In this document: positions 28,327 through 39,474 of the stretch, piece by piece
Layout of the letters: the number at the start of each line of letters is the position of its first letter
Numbering within the stretch: the first letter of the stretch is position 1
Source of the DNA: Arcobacteraceae bacterium
GTDB taxonomy: Bacteria; Campylobacterota; Campylobacteria; Campylobacterales; Arcobacteraceae
Direction: 5' to 3'
Assembly: GCA_048268245.1 (NCBI GenBank)
Contig: JBLWVX010000001.1
Span: forward strand, 1 to 64,000
Length of the DNA: 64,000 nucleotides
Notes under the pieces: model-generated
Databases searched by the model: none
Told to the model about the DNA's origin: nothing
Seen by the model: only the letters and a program-made list of their open reading frames with translations
Program-made: the position numbers and the translations under genes

Positions 28327-28900
28327 GTTGTTTCTCTTCTAATCTTTTATAAAGTTTTTCTATCTTTTCATCATACGAAAAGTATTCATTAAATCCATCT
28401 AAGTAAGTGTAAGCTGTACTATTAAAATCATTATCAATCAATTTTGTAACAAAATCAAAGAAATCATCTTTATTTTCAATAGCTACTTTTGTTGAGAACA
28501 TTATATCTTCAAATGCAATTCTAAAAGAACCCCTAGATTTGATAAGTCTTTTAAAATCATCATATCTTATAGCATCAAGTGAATCAATTGTTGATTCATT
28601 TAAATCCTTTAAAACATTCATCATTTTATCAATATCACCATCGTAGGCATTAACTACATCTTCTACATATTTTATAGCTTCATCAATATTTTCATCTTTA
28701 ACTACACTAAAATAGTCAAAAAGTGATATTGCTTTCTCTTCATCTTCAGAAGCAATATCACAAAAAAGAGCATATACAGGATACTCTTTATTCTCAGGGA
28801 AATTTGAAGATAGTTGTGAATACAAAAATAGTGCTTTATCAAACTTCTTTTGAGCAAAGAAACTATTTGCTTCATTTAATAATCTATTTTCATTTATCAT
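28307..28900 (-). CDS. Conserved hypothetical protein with TPR-like N-terminus
   Basis: Helical N-terminus, GSFRIAFEDIMFSTKV; overlaps murE and nifU-like genes. Confidence 0.6.
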   Translation of the reverse strand: MINENRLLNEANSFFAQKKFDKALFLYSQLSSNFPENKEYPVYALFCDIASEDEEKAISLFDYFSVVKDENIDEAIKYVEDVVNAYDGDIDKMMNVLKDLNESTIDSLDAIRYDDFKRLIKSRGSFRIAFEDIMFSTKVAIENKDDFFDFVTKLIDNDFNSTAYTYLDGFNEYFSYDEKIEKLYKRLEEKQLANNHK

Positions 28901-29178
28901 TAAATTTCCTCTAATTTATTCTCCATACCTTGTGGAACATTTACAATTTCTAAATCGGGATGAATTGCTGCTTTTAGTTCTTTTTCAACTACATACTTTA
29001 AAGTACTTCCACTAGCACTACATCCAACACATGCACCTTGCAATTGAACAAAAACTCTTCCATCTTTTATATCAAGTAGTTCAATTGCTCCACCATCTCT
29101 AGCTAACATAGGTGCAACTTTACTTTCTATTATAGAACTAACAGGAGGTCTTAAATCCTCATCAGTAAATGGCATCAT
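28900..29178 (-). CDS. NifU C-terminal / Nfu Fe-S carrier
   Basis: PMLARDGG...LQGACVGC. Confidence 0.9.
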   Translation of the reverse strand: MMPFTDEDLRPPVSSIIESKVAPMLARDGGAIELLDIKDGRVFVQLQGACVGCSASGSTLKYVVEKELKAAIHPDLEIVNVPQGMENKLEEI

Positions 29179-29304
29179 GTTTAATCACCTTTTGATTTTT
29201 TTTTAACATAAAATATTCCAATAGCAATTAATACAAAAATAACTGCTATTGTTTGAAATATAAATGTTAATGTTATTTCATCTTGAAACATCTTTACCCT
29301 AATT

Positions 29305-32034
29305 TTAGTTTAAAACTTCTTCACATCTTTGGCAAAGAGTGTCTTCTTCTTTTGCTGTAAATTTCCAACATCTTGGACATTTATGTTCTACAGCTTTATA
29401 TACTTCAAACTCGAAATTATTAACTTCGAATTTTCCAAGTATATCTGAACTTTGTTTATTATTTGTAATAGAACTTACTATAAACCAATCAGCTGCTTCA
29501 GTTTCACCTAATTTAATAATCTCGTCACAATTAGTATAAATACTTAATTCTAATGTTGATTTAATAGTTTTTTCTTTACTTAATGCATCTTTAATCTCTG
29601 CAAATTTTTCTTTAGCTGCTACAAAAAGTTCATCACTAATTGATGTTTGAACCTCAGGTAACACTACTTTTTCAAAATCAAAAATATCATTTGCTTCACC
29701 TTTAATACAAGCAGGAGCAAACTCTAATAACTCATCCATAGTATATGTTAAAATACAAGCTAATGTAGAAATTAATTTTTTAGCAATAATAGCCATAGCA
29801 CTTTGAGATGCTAATCTATGAATATCATTTTTATCATCACAATATAATCTATCTTTACAAACATCTAAATAAATACCTGATAAGTCAACAACTAAAAAGT
29901 TGTTTAATTTATTTAAACCTTTAGAAAATTCATACACATTAAATGAAGCTTCAATCTCATCAAATACAGATTTAGCTTTTGATAAAATCCATTTATCAAG
30001 CTCACCCATTTTATCAACTGTAATAATCTCTTCTAAATCATCAACATTTGCAAGTAAGAATCTAGCAGTATTTCTGATTTTTCTATAAAGCTCTGCATTT
30101 TGTTTTAAGATATTATCAGAAATTTTTAAATCTGATTGATAATCACTCATAGCAACCCACATTCTTAAAATCTCTGAACCGTACTGCTTCATTACTTTAT
30201 CAGGAGCAACAACATTTCCTTTCGATTTAGACATTTTTTCACCTTTTTCATCAACAGTGAATCCATGTGTTAAAATAGATTTATAAGGAGCTATTTCACC
30301 TGAAGCTAATGTAGTTAAAAGTGAAGATTGGAACCAACCTCTATGTTGATCACTTCCTTCTAAATACATATCAGCAGGGAATGTTCCAGCATCATAGTTT
30401 CTACTTCTAAGTACTGCATTTTGTGTAGAACCAGAATCAAACCATACATCTAAAATATCCATAGTTTTTTCTAAGTCTTCTGGATTATATCCACTTCCTG
30501 GGTATAATAACTCTTCAATTGGTAAATCATACCAAGCATCACAACCTTTTTGCTCAAAAATCATAGCTGTAAAGTTAAGAACTTTTTCATCAAAGATAAT
30601 CTCATCAGTCTTCTTATTTCTAAAGAATGCAATAGGCACACCCCAATCTCTTTGTCTAGAAATACACCAGTCAGGTCTACCATCAAGCATTGATTTTAGT
30701 CTATTTCTTCCCCATTCAGGATAGAAAGTTAAGTTTTCAACTACATCTAAAGCATTTTGTCTAAGTGTTTTATTCTCTTTTCCATACTCATCATCAATTG
30801 AAATAAACCATTGTTTAGTTGCTCTAAAGATAATTGGTTTATGAGTTCTCCAACAGTGAGGATAAGAGTGTCTAATATCTACATGTTTAAGTAATGCATC
30901 ACCTAATTCTTCTAAAATTAATTCATTTGCTTTAAATACGTGAACACCTAAGTACTTATCAGTATCAGCAAATAGTTTTTCTCTTACAATTGTTTCATCA
31001 TATTTACCATATGCATCAACTGGCATAATTACATCTAAACCATATTGTAATCCTACTTTGTAGTCATCCTCACCATGTCCAGGAGCTGTATGAACTGCAC
31101 CAGTACCAGCATCCATTTCAACATGCTCACCTAAAATAATTTTAGATTGTCTTGCATTTAATGGATTTATTGCATGTGTACCTTCTAACTCTTTAGGACA
31201 AACAGAGTCAACTATTTCACCTGAGATTACTTCTTGCTCAATTAAAGAGTTGTAAAGTTTCTTAGCAACAATAAATTTATCACTAGTTAATACATACTCT
31301 TCTTCACCATTTAGAGCAATACCTGTATTTGCTGGTAATGTCCATGGTGTTGTAGTCCAGATAATAACTGAAGCATCAAGCTTTTCATGCTTAAATGCAA
31401 CAAAAATTGATGGAGATGTTTTATCTTCATACTCTACTTCAGCTTCTGCTAATGCAGTTTGAGCAGCCCAAGACCAATAAACAGGTTTACTTCTTTGAAC
31501 TAAAAGACCCTGCTTAGCAATAGCACATAATTCTCTATAAATATTAGCTTCAAATTTAAAGTCCATAGTTAAATAAGGATTTTCCCAATCACCTAAAACA
31601 CCAAGTCTTTTAAATTCTTCTTTCTGAATATCAACAAATCTAGTAGCATGATCTCTACATAGTTGTCTTAACTTAGATTTTGGTAACTCTTTTTTCTTTG
31701 TACTTCCAATCTTTTCTTCAACTTTTTGCTCAATTGGTAAACCATGACAGTCCCAACCTGGAACATATCTAATTGACTTTCCATCAAAATAGTGAAATTT
31801 ATTGATAATGTCTTTTAAAACTTTATTTAAAGCATGACCGATATGAATATGACCATTTGCATATGGTGGTCCATCATGTAATGTAAAAGAAGGAGCACCT
31901 TCTCTATTTTCTCTCATTCTTTCGTAAACCTTTTCCTCATCCCATTTTTTATATTTTTTAGGCTCATTTTGAGGTAAGTTTCCTCTCATTGGAAACTTTG
32001 TCTTTGGTAATAATAAACTCTCTTTGTAATCCAT
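29305..32034 (-). CDS. ileS: Isoleucine-tRNA ligase
   Basis: [19 protein letters not shown]-terminal CPRCW..CQRC. Confidence 0.97.
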   Translation of the reverse strand: MDYKESLLLPKTKFPMRGNLPQNEPKKYKKWDEEKVYERMRENREGAPSFTLHDGPPYANGHIHIGHALNKVLKDIINKFHYFDGKSIRYVPGWDCHGLPIEQKVEEKIGSTKKKELPKSKLRQLCRDHATRFVDIQKEEFKRLGVLGDWENPYLTMDFKFEANIYRELCAIAKQGLLVQRSKPVYWSWAAQTALAEAEVEYEDKTSPSIFVAFKHEKLDASVIIWTTTPWTLPANTGIALNGEEEYVLTSDKFIVAKKLYNSLIEQEVISGEIVDSVCPKELEGTHAINPLNARQSKIILGEHVEMDAGTGAVHTAPGHGEDDYKVGLQYGLDVIMPVDAYGKYDETIVREKLFADTDKYLGVHVFKANELILEELGDALLKHVDIRHSYPHCWRTHKPIIFRATKQWFISIDDEYGKENKTLRQNALDVVENLTFYPEWGRNRLKSMLDGRPDWCISRQRDWGVPIAFFRNKKTDEIIFDEKVLNFTAMIFEQKGCDAWYDLPIEELLYPGSGYNPEDLEKTMDILDVWFDSGSTQNAVLRSRNYDAGTFPADMYLEGSDQHRGWFQSSLLTTLASGEIAPYKSILTHGFTVDEKGEKMSKSKGNVVAPDKVMKQYGSEILRMWVAMSDYQSDLKISDNILKQNAELYRKIRNTARFLLANVDDLEEIITVDKMGELDKWILSKAKSVFDEIEASFNVYEFSKGLNKLNNFLVVDLSGIYLDVCKDRLYCDDKNDIHRLASQSAMAIIAKKLISTLACILTYTMDELLEFAPACIKGEANDIFDFEKVVLPEVQTSISDELFVAAKEKFAEIKDALSKEKTIKSTLELSIYTNCDEIIKLGETEAADWFIVSSITNNKQSSDILGKFEVNNFEFEVYKAVEHKCPRCWKFTAKEEDTLCQRCEEVLN

Positions 32035-32139
32035 CTTAAAGTACCTTCAGTTATCTAAATATTTATAGTTTTTATTAAATCGTAGATTATATCTAATAAT
32101 GATTAAAAAAATGATTAGGCATATTTTTTGTTTTCACAA

Positions 32140-32156
32140 TGTACAAAAATTGTACA
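32140..32156. promoter_or_regulatory. TGTACA-N5-TGTACA box upstream of mqo
   Basis: tgtaca-aaaat-tgtaca; the same box occurs upstream of pta. Confidence 0.55.
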
Positions 32157-32302
32157 ATCATTTTTGCTATATCTCAAACATAGGTGTTACGAAACTCTAT
32201 AATTTATTGTTAAATTGAACAACTATTTATTTTATTTAACTTAAATATAACTTCAATATGATATACTCCTTTCATATTTCGAAACAGATAGGAACGATAG
32301 AT

Positions 32303-33661
32303 ATGAATGAGAAACATTATGAAGTCTTAATTATTGGTGGAGGTATCTCTGGTGCAGCTTTATTTTTTGAGCTAGCAAAATACACTAATGCAAAAAGCAT
32401 TTGTATGTTAGAAAAGTATGAAGATTTAGCTACTTTAAACTCAAAAGGTACAAGTAACTCTCAAACTATTCACGTTGGAGATATTGAAACTAACTATACT
32501 TTTGAGAAAGCTAAGATTACAAAAAGAACTGCGAAAATGATTGAGAAGTTCTGTTTAATGTATAACTTACAAGATAAGATTATGTTTAAACACCAAAAAA
32601 TGGCTTTAGGTGTAGGTGAAAAAGAAGTTGAATTTATTACAAATAGATATAATGAATTTAAAGAAATTTTTCCGTACTTAGAGTTATGGGATAAAGAAAC
32701 TTTAAAAGAAAAAGAACCTTTATTAGTATATGCTGATAAAGAAAGAACAAAAGAAAGACCAGAGCCAATTGTAGCAATGGGTGCTGATGATCAATATACA
32801 ACTGTTGATTTTGGTGAAATGACTAAAGAGCTTGCAAAAGCTGGTCAAGCAGCTAATCCAGAAAAAACAACTGATATTTTCTATAACTCTGAAGTTGAAG
32901 AAGTTGAAAAAGTTGGTGATAAATTTAAAGTAACTACTGTAAATGGTACAGTTTATACTGCTGATTTTGTTGTTACAAATGCAGGTGCTCACTCATTATA
33001 CTTAGCTCACAAAATGGGTTACGGTAAACATATGGGATCATTATCAATGGCTGGTTCATTCTATATTACTAATGACAAATACTTAAATGGTAAAGTTTAC
33101 ATGGTTCAAAATGATAAATTACCATTTGCAGCATTACATGGTGACCCAGATATTTTAGAAGATGGCAAAACAAGATTTGGACCAACTGCTTTAGCATTAT
33201 TAGTTCTTGAAAGATATAAAGGTGGAAAATCATTCTTCCAATGTCTAAAAACAATGAACTTTGATGGTAATATTGTAAAAATCTTCTGGGATCTATTAAA
33301 AGACTCTGATATTAGAAACTACGTATTTAAAAACTTCTTATTTGAAGTTCCAGGAATTAACAAAAAACTATTTGTTAAAGATGCACAAAAAATTGTACCT
33401 TCTTTAAGTCCTGATGATTTAGAATACGCAAAAGGATTTGGTGGTGTTAGACCGCAAGTTCTAAATAAAAAAGAACAAAAATTAATGCTTGGTGAAGCTT
33501 CAATTACAGAATTACCAGGTATCATTTTCAATATGACTCCGTCTCCAGGTGCGACTTCTTGTCTTGGAAATGCTGAAAGAGATACAAAAATTGTTTGTGA
33601 TTACTTAAACTTAGAATTTGATCACGAAAAATTCTTAGCAGACTTTACAGACGAAAACTAA
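32303..33661 (+). CDS. mqo: Malate:quinone oxidoreductase (Campylobacterota type)
   Basis: IIGGGISG FAD motif, NSQTIHVGDIETNY, LPFAALHGD, TPSPGATSCL. Start placed at MNEKHY. Confidence 0.88.
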   Translation: MNEKHYEVLIIGGGISGAALFFELAKYTNAKSICMLEKYEDLATLNSKGTSNSQTIHVGDIETNYTFEKAKITKRTAKMIEKFCLMYNLQDKIMFKHQKMALGVGEKEVEFITNRYNEFKEIFPYLELWDKETLKEKEPLLVYADKERTKERPEPIVAMGADDQYTTVDFGEMTKELAKAGQAANPEKTTDIFYNSEVEEVEKVGDKFKVTTVNGTVYTADFVVTNAGAHSLYLAHKMGYGKHMGSLSMAGSFYITNDKYLNGKVYMVQNDKLPFAALHGDPDILEDGKTRFGPTALALLVLERYKGGKSFFQCLKTMNFDGNIVKIFWDLLKDSDIRNYVFKNFLFEVPGINKKLFVKDAQKIVPSLSPDDLEYAKGFGGVRPQVLNKKEQKLMLGEASITELPGIIFNMTPSPGATSCLGNAERDTKIVCDYLNLEFDHEKFLADFTDEN

Positions 33662-33669
33662 TACCCTTA

Positions 33670-33703
33670 TATATAAAATAAGAGTTTCCTCTTATTTTAT
33701 ATA
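33670..33703 (+). terminator. Hairpin after mqo
   Basis: tatataaaataagag / ctcttattttatata inverted repeat. Confidence 0.65.
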
Positions 33704-33784
33704 CTTATTATATAGACACAAAACTTTTTTTTTACTACAATATACATCAATAATCACAAAATAAGCTATCATAAAGGCACGAAA

Positions 33785-34294
33785 ATGGCATTTGGCAATA
33801 TATTTAATGAAAATGATATGATTACTCTTCAAAACCTTTTAAGAGCAAAAAATGAAACAATAACAACAGCTGAATCTTGTACAGGTGGTTTAGTTGCACA
33901 TATGATTACACAAATTGCAGGTTCTTCTGATATTTTTAATGGTGCAATAGTTTCTTATTCAAATGAGATAAAAGCAAAAGAGTTAGGCGTAAAAGAAGAT
34001 ACTTTAAAAAAACATGGTGCAGTATCAATTCAAACAGTTGAAGAAATGTTAGAAGGTGCTATAGAAAAATTTGATGCAACATATGCTATTGCAATTTCTG
34101 GAATTGCAGGTCCTCAAGGTGGATGTAAAGAAAAACCAGTTGGAACAGTAGTAATTGGCATCTGTGATAATAACAAAAAAAGTATTATTCGAGTAAATAA
34201 GTTTGATGGAAGCAGAAAAGACATACAAAACCTTGCCTCTCAGACATCTTTGAAAGAAATTTTAAAATTTCTTCAAAAAACTCTTGACAAATAA
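33785..34294 (+). CDS. CinA C-terminal / NMN deamidase (PncC family)
   Basis: TAESCTGG, YSNEIK, GAVS, SGIAGP, KPVGTV. Confidence 0.9.
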   Translation: MAFGNIFNENDMITLQNLLRAKNETITTAESCTGGLVAHMITQIAGSSDIFNGAIVSYSNEIKAKELGVKEDTLKKHGAVSIQTVEEMLEGAIEKFDATYAIAISGIAGPQGGCKEKPVGTVVIGICDNNKKSIIRVNKFDGSRKDIQNLASQTSLKEILKFLQKTLDK

Positions 34295-34312
34295 ATTTTT
34301 TTCTATTATAAT
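34284..34312 (+). promoter_or_regulatory. Consensus sigma70 promoter of the tRNA cluster
   Basis: TTGACA (34284-34289), 17-bp spacer, TATAAT (34307-34312). Confidence 0.85.
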
Positions 34313-34351
34313 TCCAGTCCAATTTAAGAAGAACAACTTAAATTAGAGCAT

Positions 34352-34427
34352 GACCCGTTAGCTCAGCTGGTAGAGCATCTCCCTTTTAAGGAGGTGGCCG
34401 AAGGTTCGAATCCTTCACGGGTCACCA
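34352..34427 (+). tRNA. tRNA-Lys(UUU)
   Basis: Acceptor GACCCGT/ACGGGTC, anticodon loop CTTTTAA, GTTCGAAT, encoded CCA. Confidence 0.95.
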
Positions 34428-34445
34428 TTTAAATATTACTTTGAT

Positions 34446-34520
34446 GGCCCCTTCATCTAGCGGTTAGGATCCATGGTTTTCATCCATGTCACAGGAGTTC
34501 GAGTCTCCTAGGGGTCACCA
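34446..34520 (+). tRNA. tRNA-Glu(UUC)
   Basis: Anticodon arm CATGG-TTTTCAT-CCATG, T-loop, CCA. Confidence 0.95.
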
Positions 34521-34524
34521 TCAA

Positions 34525-34600
34525 GGTCGATTAGCTCAGTTGGTAGAGCGCTACCCTTACAAGGTAGATGTCAGAAGTTCGAGTCTTCTATCGACCACCA
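34525..34600 (+). tRNA. tRNA-Val(UAC)
   Basis: Anticodon arm CTACC-CTTACAA-GGTAG, CCA. Confidence 0.95.
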
Positions 34601-34620
34601 CTTTCTTATTATAAAATCAT

Positions 34621-34697
34621 GCGGATGTAGTTTAGTTGGTTAGAATGCCTGCCTGTCACGCAGGAGGTCGCGAGTTCGAGTCTCGTCATCCGCGCCA
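34621..34697 (+). tRNA. tRNA-Asp(GUC)
   Basis: Anticodon arm CCTGC-CTGTCAC-GCAGG, CCA. Confidence 0.95.
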
Positions 34698-34811
34698 TGA
34701 TTTAAAATTTCACACTTATCTTTTAATAATTTATTTAATCCCTTATAAAAGTGTTATTTTATATAAAAAAGGCTATCCTATTATAGTTAAATTTCAGGAA
34801 GCAAAAAATAA

Positions 34812-36395
34812 ATGTTTAAAGCAAAAAGTTTATATCATCTAATAGTTTACAGTATTCTATTTATTGTAGTACTAATCTCATTTTTCACCTTCATTATTAT
34901 AAATAATGCCCATGACGAATTACAAGAAAAAATCGTAGCTTTAAAAGAAGACTTTACAAGTAACCAAAAAGAACTTTTAAAAAACGATATAAATTCTGTA
35001 ATTAGTTTTATAGATTATTATCATAAAAAATATGAAGGCACTAAATCAGAAGAACAAATAAAGAAAGAAGTATTAAAAGCTATTAGTGAAATGAAGAAAA
35101 GCAAAAATATAAATGACTATATATTTATTTATAGCTTTGAGGGTGAATTACTTTTCCACCCTATTACAAAGGAAAGAGTTGGAGCAAATAGAATAAGTAT
35201 GCAAGATAACAATGGAAAATTTGTTATCAAAGAACTTATTGAAAACTCTAAGAAATATATGGGTGGATATGTTGAATATATTTGGTATAAGCCAGATATC
35301 AATAAAAATGCAAATAAAATCTCATACTCTAATGCTTATAAAGAATGGAATTGGACTATTGGAAAAGGTGTTTACCTTGATGAAATAGATAAGTTAGTTA
35401 GAGAAAAGAATGAAGAGTACAATCAAAAAATGTCTGATTATACTTTACAAATCACATCATTGACAATAATGCTAGTTCTTTACTCTATTTTTATTTATAA
35501 GAATGCTACAATACTTATTGTAAATGATGTAAAAGAAATTGGTAAATATTTTAAAGAATCACAAGATAATGATGAAGAAATTGATCAAAATAGAATTATA
35601 TTTGGAGAGTTTAAAGTAATTGCAAATTATGCAAATGATGCTATGACAAATATAAAACTAAAAACTCATATGCTTGAAGACTTAAATAAAAACTTAGAAT
35701 ATAAAGTTGATGAAAAAACAAGAGAACTTACTAAGCTTATTCAATCACAAAAAGATTTTATTAAAAACTCAGTGCATGAAATAAATACACCACTTTCAAT
35801 AATACAAACAAATATTGACTTACTTAAAATGAAAGTTCCAAATAATAAATATATCACACATATTGAATCAGGTTCTAAAATAATTCAATATATTTATGAT
35901 GATCTATCTTATTTAATAAAAAAAGATAGAGTTGTGTATGAAAAAGAGTATTTAGAGTTTTCAGATATTTTAACACATAGAATTGACTTCTTTGATGAAA
36001 TAGCTGTATCTAACTCTTTATATTTTATTTGTAACATTGAAGAAGATATTTATATTAAATTTAATAAGACAGAACTTCAAAGAATAGTTGATAATAATCT
36101 TTCAAATGCAATAAAATACTCATTCCCAAAATCGCCTATTTTTGTTAGATTAGATTACATAAATGATAAGGAGGTTGAGTTCTCAGTTTGTACTAACTCC
36201 CAAAAGATAGAGTCTCAAAATAAAATATTTGATGACTTCTATAGAGAAAACAGTGCTAGAGGTGGCTTTGGTTTAGGATTAAGAATAGTAAAAGATATTT
36301 GTGATAAAAATAGCGTTACTATAAAACTAGAGTCTAATGACAAGGAAACAAAATTTACATATAGGTTTAAAATAAATGAAGATACTACTACTTGA
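34812..36395 (+). CDS. Cache-domain sensor histidine kinase
   Basis: Periplasmic YIFIY..HP..D.NGK..GGYVEYIWYKP..KISY..WNWTIGKGVY (Cache_2-like), HEINTPL, DNNLSNAIKY, GFGLGL. Confidence 0.9.
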   Translation: MFKAKSLYHLIVYSILFIVVLISFFTFIIINNAHDELQEKIVALKEDFTSNQKELLKNDINSVISFIDYYHKKYEGTKSEEQIKKEVLKAISEMKKSKNINDYIFIYSFEGELLFHPITKERVGANRISMQDNNGKFVIKELIENSKKYMGGYVEYIWYKPDINKNANKISYSNAYKEWNWTIGKGVYLDEIDKLVREKNEEYNQKMSDYTLQITSLTIMLVLYSIFIYKNATILIVNDVKEIGKYFKESQDNDEEIDQNRIIFGEFKVIANYANDAMTNIKLKTHMLEDLNKNLEYKVDEKTRELTKLIQSQKDFIKNSVHEINTPLSIIQTNIDLLKMKVPNNKYITHIESGSKIIQYIYDDLSYLIKKDRVVYEKEYLEFSDILTHRIDFFDEIAVSNSLYFICNIEEDIYIKFNKTELQRIVDNNLSNAIKYSFPKSPIFVRLDYINDKEVEFSVCTNSQKIESQNKIFDDFYRENSARGGFGLGLRIVKDICDKNSVTIKLESNDKETKFTYRFKINEDTTT

Positions 36396-37038
36396 AGATG
36401 AATTAATGTTAAATAATGCCATTTGTGAGTATTTAAGAAATATTGGTCACATGGTAGAGAGTTTTACTGATGGACAAGATGCAATAGATAATATAGATAC
36501 ATCTTTTGATTTATTGATATTAGATATAAATGTTCCATCTAAAGATGGTTTTACAATTCTAGAAGATTTAAATAGAAAGAAAATCTATATACCAACTATA
36601 TTTATTTCTGCGTTAATAGATATAGAAGATATTTCAAAAGCATATGAACTAGGTGCAAGGGAGTACTTAAAAAAACCTTTCCACTTAGAAGAGTTAGGAA
36701 TTAAAATTAATCTAATTTTGAAAAAAGAGCAAAGTAATACATCTCATATTAGATTTTCAGAGAATTACTCATACTCAAAAGACAAACAAACACTATACTT
36801 TAATGGTGAACCTCAAAGTCTTACAAAAAAACAATTAGAAATTATTCATATATTAGCACTTAATATTAACATGATTGTAGACTTTGAAAGATTTAGAATT
36901 GATATCTGGGATGGAGAAAATATCGACAATCCAACTATAAGAGCTGAAATTTCAAGATTAAAGAAAGCACTAAAAGAAGACTTTATCAAAAATATCAGAG
37001 GTTTAGGCTACAAAATTGACAGATATTATTCTTCTTAA
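36376..37038 (+). CDS. OmpR-family response regulator
   Basis: LLEDE, LDINVP, KKPF, ISRLKK..NIRGLGYK; overlaps the kinase gene. Confidence 0.92.
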   Translation: MKILLLEDELMLNNAICEYLRNIGHMVESFTDGQDAIDNIDTSFDLLILDINVPSKDGFTILEDLNRKKIYIPTIFISALIDIEDISKAYELGAREYLKKPFHLEELGIKINLILKKEQSNTSHIRFSENYSYSKDKQTLYFNGEPQSLTKKQLEIIHILALNINMIVDFERFRIDIWDGENIDNPTIRAEISRLKKALKEDFIKNIRGLGYKIDRYYSS

Positions 37039-37073
37039 CAAAGTACTATAAAATGGCTCTTTCAGAGTCATTT

Positions 37074-37140
37074 TGCTACGTTCATACTACGTTTAAAAAA
37101 ACTTTTTCAAAATTTTTTTCAATTGCTACCTTTTTGCTAT
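37074..37140 (+). promoter_or_regulatory. Two TGCTAY-N5-TGCTAY-type repeats upstream of DUF4212/SSS
   Basis: tgctac/tactac at 37074/37085 and tgctac/tgctat at 37124/37135; TATACT begins 10 bp after the second pair. Confidence 0.65.
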
Positions 37141-37218
37141 CTACACTTATTATACTTTCAATGTTAGATTATTAAACGCTTTAGAGTTTAATATCAAAAT
37201 CAATAAGGAGAGCAGAAT

Positions 37219-37473
37219 ATGAGTCCAGAAAAAGCACAAGCATACTGGAAAGAAAATATTTCAATGATACTTAAACTATTAGTAGTTTGGTTCGTTGTTT
37301 CTTTCGGATGTGGAATTTTATTCATAAATGAACTTAACACTATCGAAATTAGTGGTGTTAAATTAGGTTATTGGTTTGCACAACAAGGTGCAATTTACGT
37401 ATTTGTTATCTTAATCTTTATATACGTAAAGGTTATGACAAGTATCGATGAGAAATACGGCGTAAACGAGTAG
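37219..37473 (+). CDS. DUF4212 small membrane partner of SSS transporter
   Basis: AYWKEN..WFVVSFG..LGYWFAQQGAI. Confidence 0.88.
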   Translation: MSPEKAQAYWKENISMILKLLVVWFVVSFGCGILFINELNTIEISGVKLGYWFAQQGAIYVFVILIFIYVKVMTSIDEKYGVNE

Positions 37474-37486
37474 GGAGAAAGAAAAG

Positions 37487-39382
37487 ATGGAATTACAATC
37501 ATTAATTTACCTATTCGTAGGTATTTCATTCGCAATTTATATTGGTATTGCACTTTGGGCAAAAGCTGGTTCAACTAAGGACTTTTATGTTGCAGGTGGG
37601 GGAGTTCACCCAGTAGCAAACGGTATGGCGACTGCTGCGGACTGGATGTCAGCTGCATCATTTATCTCTTTAGCAGGTATCATTTCATTCAAAGGTTCTG
37701 ATGGTGGTGCTTACTTAATGGGTTGGACTGGTGGATACGTTCTACTAGCAATGTTATTAGCACCTTACTTAAGAAAGTTTGGTAAGTTTACAGTTCCTGA
37801 TTTCGTTGGTGACAGATACTACTCTGACACAGCTAGATTAGTTGCAGTTATTTCAGTTATTTTCGTTTCGTTCACATATGTTGCTGGACAAATGAGAGGT
37901 GTTGGTATCGTATTCTCAAGATTCTTACAAGTTGATGTAAATACAGGTGTATTAATTGGTATGGCAATTGTATTCTTCTACTCTGTTCTTGGTGGTATGA
38001 AGGGTATTACATATACACAAGTTGCACAATATGTAGTAATGATTTTTGCATACATGATTCCTGCAATTTTCTTATCATTACAAGTTACTGATACGTTCTT
38101 ACCACAATTAGGTATTTTTGCAACTACTACATTTGCATTTGATTCAGGGGTACAAGTAATCCCAGAAGGCACATATCTGTTACATGCATTGGATACAGCT
38201 GTTTCTGATTTAGGATTCAATGAGTATACTCAACCAGGTAACTTATGGAATATGTTTATGTTAACTACTGCGTTAATGTTAGGTACTGCTGGTTTACCAC
38301 ACGTTATTGTTAGATTCTTTACAGTTCCAACTGTTAAAGATGCTAGAATTTCAGCAGGTTGGGCGTTAATCTTTATTGCATTAATGTATACAACTATTTC
38401 ATCTGTATCTTCATTCTCAAGAGTGAACTTAATTAAAAACTTACAAAATACTGAGTATAAAGCATTTGTTGCTGGTGAATTAAAGCATGCTGATGGTACA
38501 CCAAATGATGGTAACTGGTTTAAAACTTGGGAAAATGGTGGATTAATCGCATGGAATGATAGAAATGGCGATGGTAAAATCCAATATGCTACTGGAAAAG
38601 CTTTCGAAGGTGCTAAAGGTAAGCCTGCATTCGATGGTGATAAAAGAGCAGAAGATGGTCATAGATTAACTACTAACCCTGCTGGACCTGCATCTGAAGC
38701 TGAATTAGCTAAAGGTAATGGAATTGCAAATGAGTTATATGTTGATAGAGATATTATGGTACTTGCTAACCCTGAGATTGCAAACTTACCTAACTGGGTA
38801 ATCGCATTCATCGCAGCTGGTGGTCTTGCAGCAGCATTATCTACAGCAGCAGGTTTATTACTTGTAATTGCTTCAGCAATTTCACATGACTTAATGGGTC
38901 AAGTTATATTTAAAGATAAAGAAACTGGTAAATCTACATTAAACGAGAAAACTGAGTTAATGTGGGCAAGAATTTCAGCTGTAGCTGCTATTTGTGTTGC
39001 TGGTTACTTAGGAATTAACCCTCCAGGATTCGTTGCACAAGTTGTTGCGTTCGCATTTGGTTTAGCGGCAGCAGCATTCTTCCCAACAATTATCCTTGGT
39101 GTATTTGATAAGAGAATGAACAAAGAAGGTGCGATTGCTGGTATTTTAACTGGTTTAATTTTCACATTCGGTTACATTATCTACTTCGTATTCTTAGGTG
39201 GAGATCCAAAAGATTACTTCTTAGGAATTCATCCAACTGGTATTGGTACAATCGGTACATTACTTCACTTAATCGTGGCAGTAGTTGTTTCTAGAATGAC
39301 ACCAGAACCACCACAAGAAATTCAAGATCTAGTAGAGAAAATCAGAATCCCTTCAGGAGCTGGTGAGGCTGTAGATCACTAA
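37487..39382 (+). CDS. Sodium:solute symporter, VC2705/acetate-uptake type
   Basis: [29 protein letters not shown], extracytoplasmic insert with DRNGDGKIQY. Confidence 0.9.
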   Translation: MELQSLIYLFVGISFAIYIGIALWAKAGSTKDFYVAGGGVHPVANGMATAADWMSAASFISLAGIISFKGSDGGAYLMGWTGGYVLLAMLLAPYLRKFGKFTVPDFVGDRYYSDTARLVAVISVIFVSFTYVAGQMRGVGIVFSRFLQVDVNTGVLIGMAIVFFYSVLGGMKGITYTQVAQYVVMIFAYMIPAIFLSLQVTDTFLPQLGIFATTTFAFDSGVQVIPEGTYLLHALDTAVSDLGFNEYTQPGNLWNMFMLTTALMLGTAGLPHVIVRFFTVPTVKDARISAGWALIFIALMYTTISSVSSFSRVNLIKNLQNTEYKAFVAGELKHADGTPNDGNWFKTWENGGLIAWNDRNGDGKIQYATGKAFEGAKGKPAFDGDKRAEDGHRLTTNPAGPASEAELAKGNGIANELYVDRDIMVLANPEIANLPNWVIAFIAAGGLAAALSTAAGLLLVIASAISHDLMGQVIFKDKETGKSTLNEKTELMWARISAVAAICVAGYLGINPPGFVAQVVAFAFGLAAAAFFPTIILGVFDKRMNKEGAIAGILTGLIFTFGYIIYFVFLGGDPKDYFLGIHPTGIGTIGTLLHLIVAVVVSRMTPEPPQEIQDLVEKIRIPSGAGEAVDH

Positions 39383-39389
39383 AACTAAC

Positions 39390-39413
39390 AAGTATACCTT
39401 CGGGTATACTTTT
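39390..39413 (+). terminator. Intrinsic terminator with UUCG loop
   Basis: aagtatacc-ttcg-ggtatactt then Ts. Confidence 0.8.
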
Positions 39414-39474
39414 AGTGTTTTTTTATGTTATTATAACTACTAATATAAAAAAATACTATTACAAGGAGACTTCA

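Noticed and set aside
32165..32170. Single TGCTAT upstream of mqo
   Set aside because: No partner half-site at 11 bp, so it is insufficient to add mqo to the regulon.
34352..34520. Link between tRNA-Lys(UUU)/Glu(UUC) and the mnmA pair
   Set aside because: They are MnmA substrates but lie more than 21 kb away, so the proximity is not informative.
34636..34842. 68 aa ORF from the track
   Set aside because: It overlaps tRNA-Asp and is a translation of the tRNA sequence.
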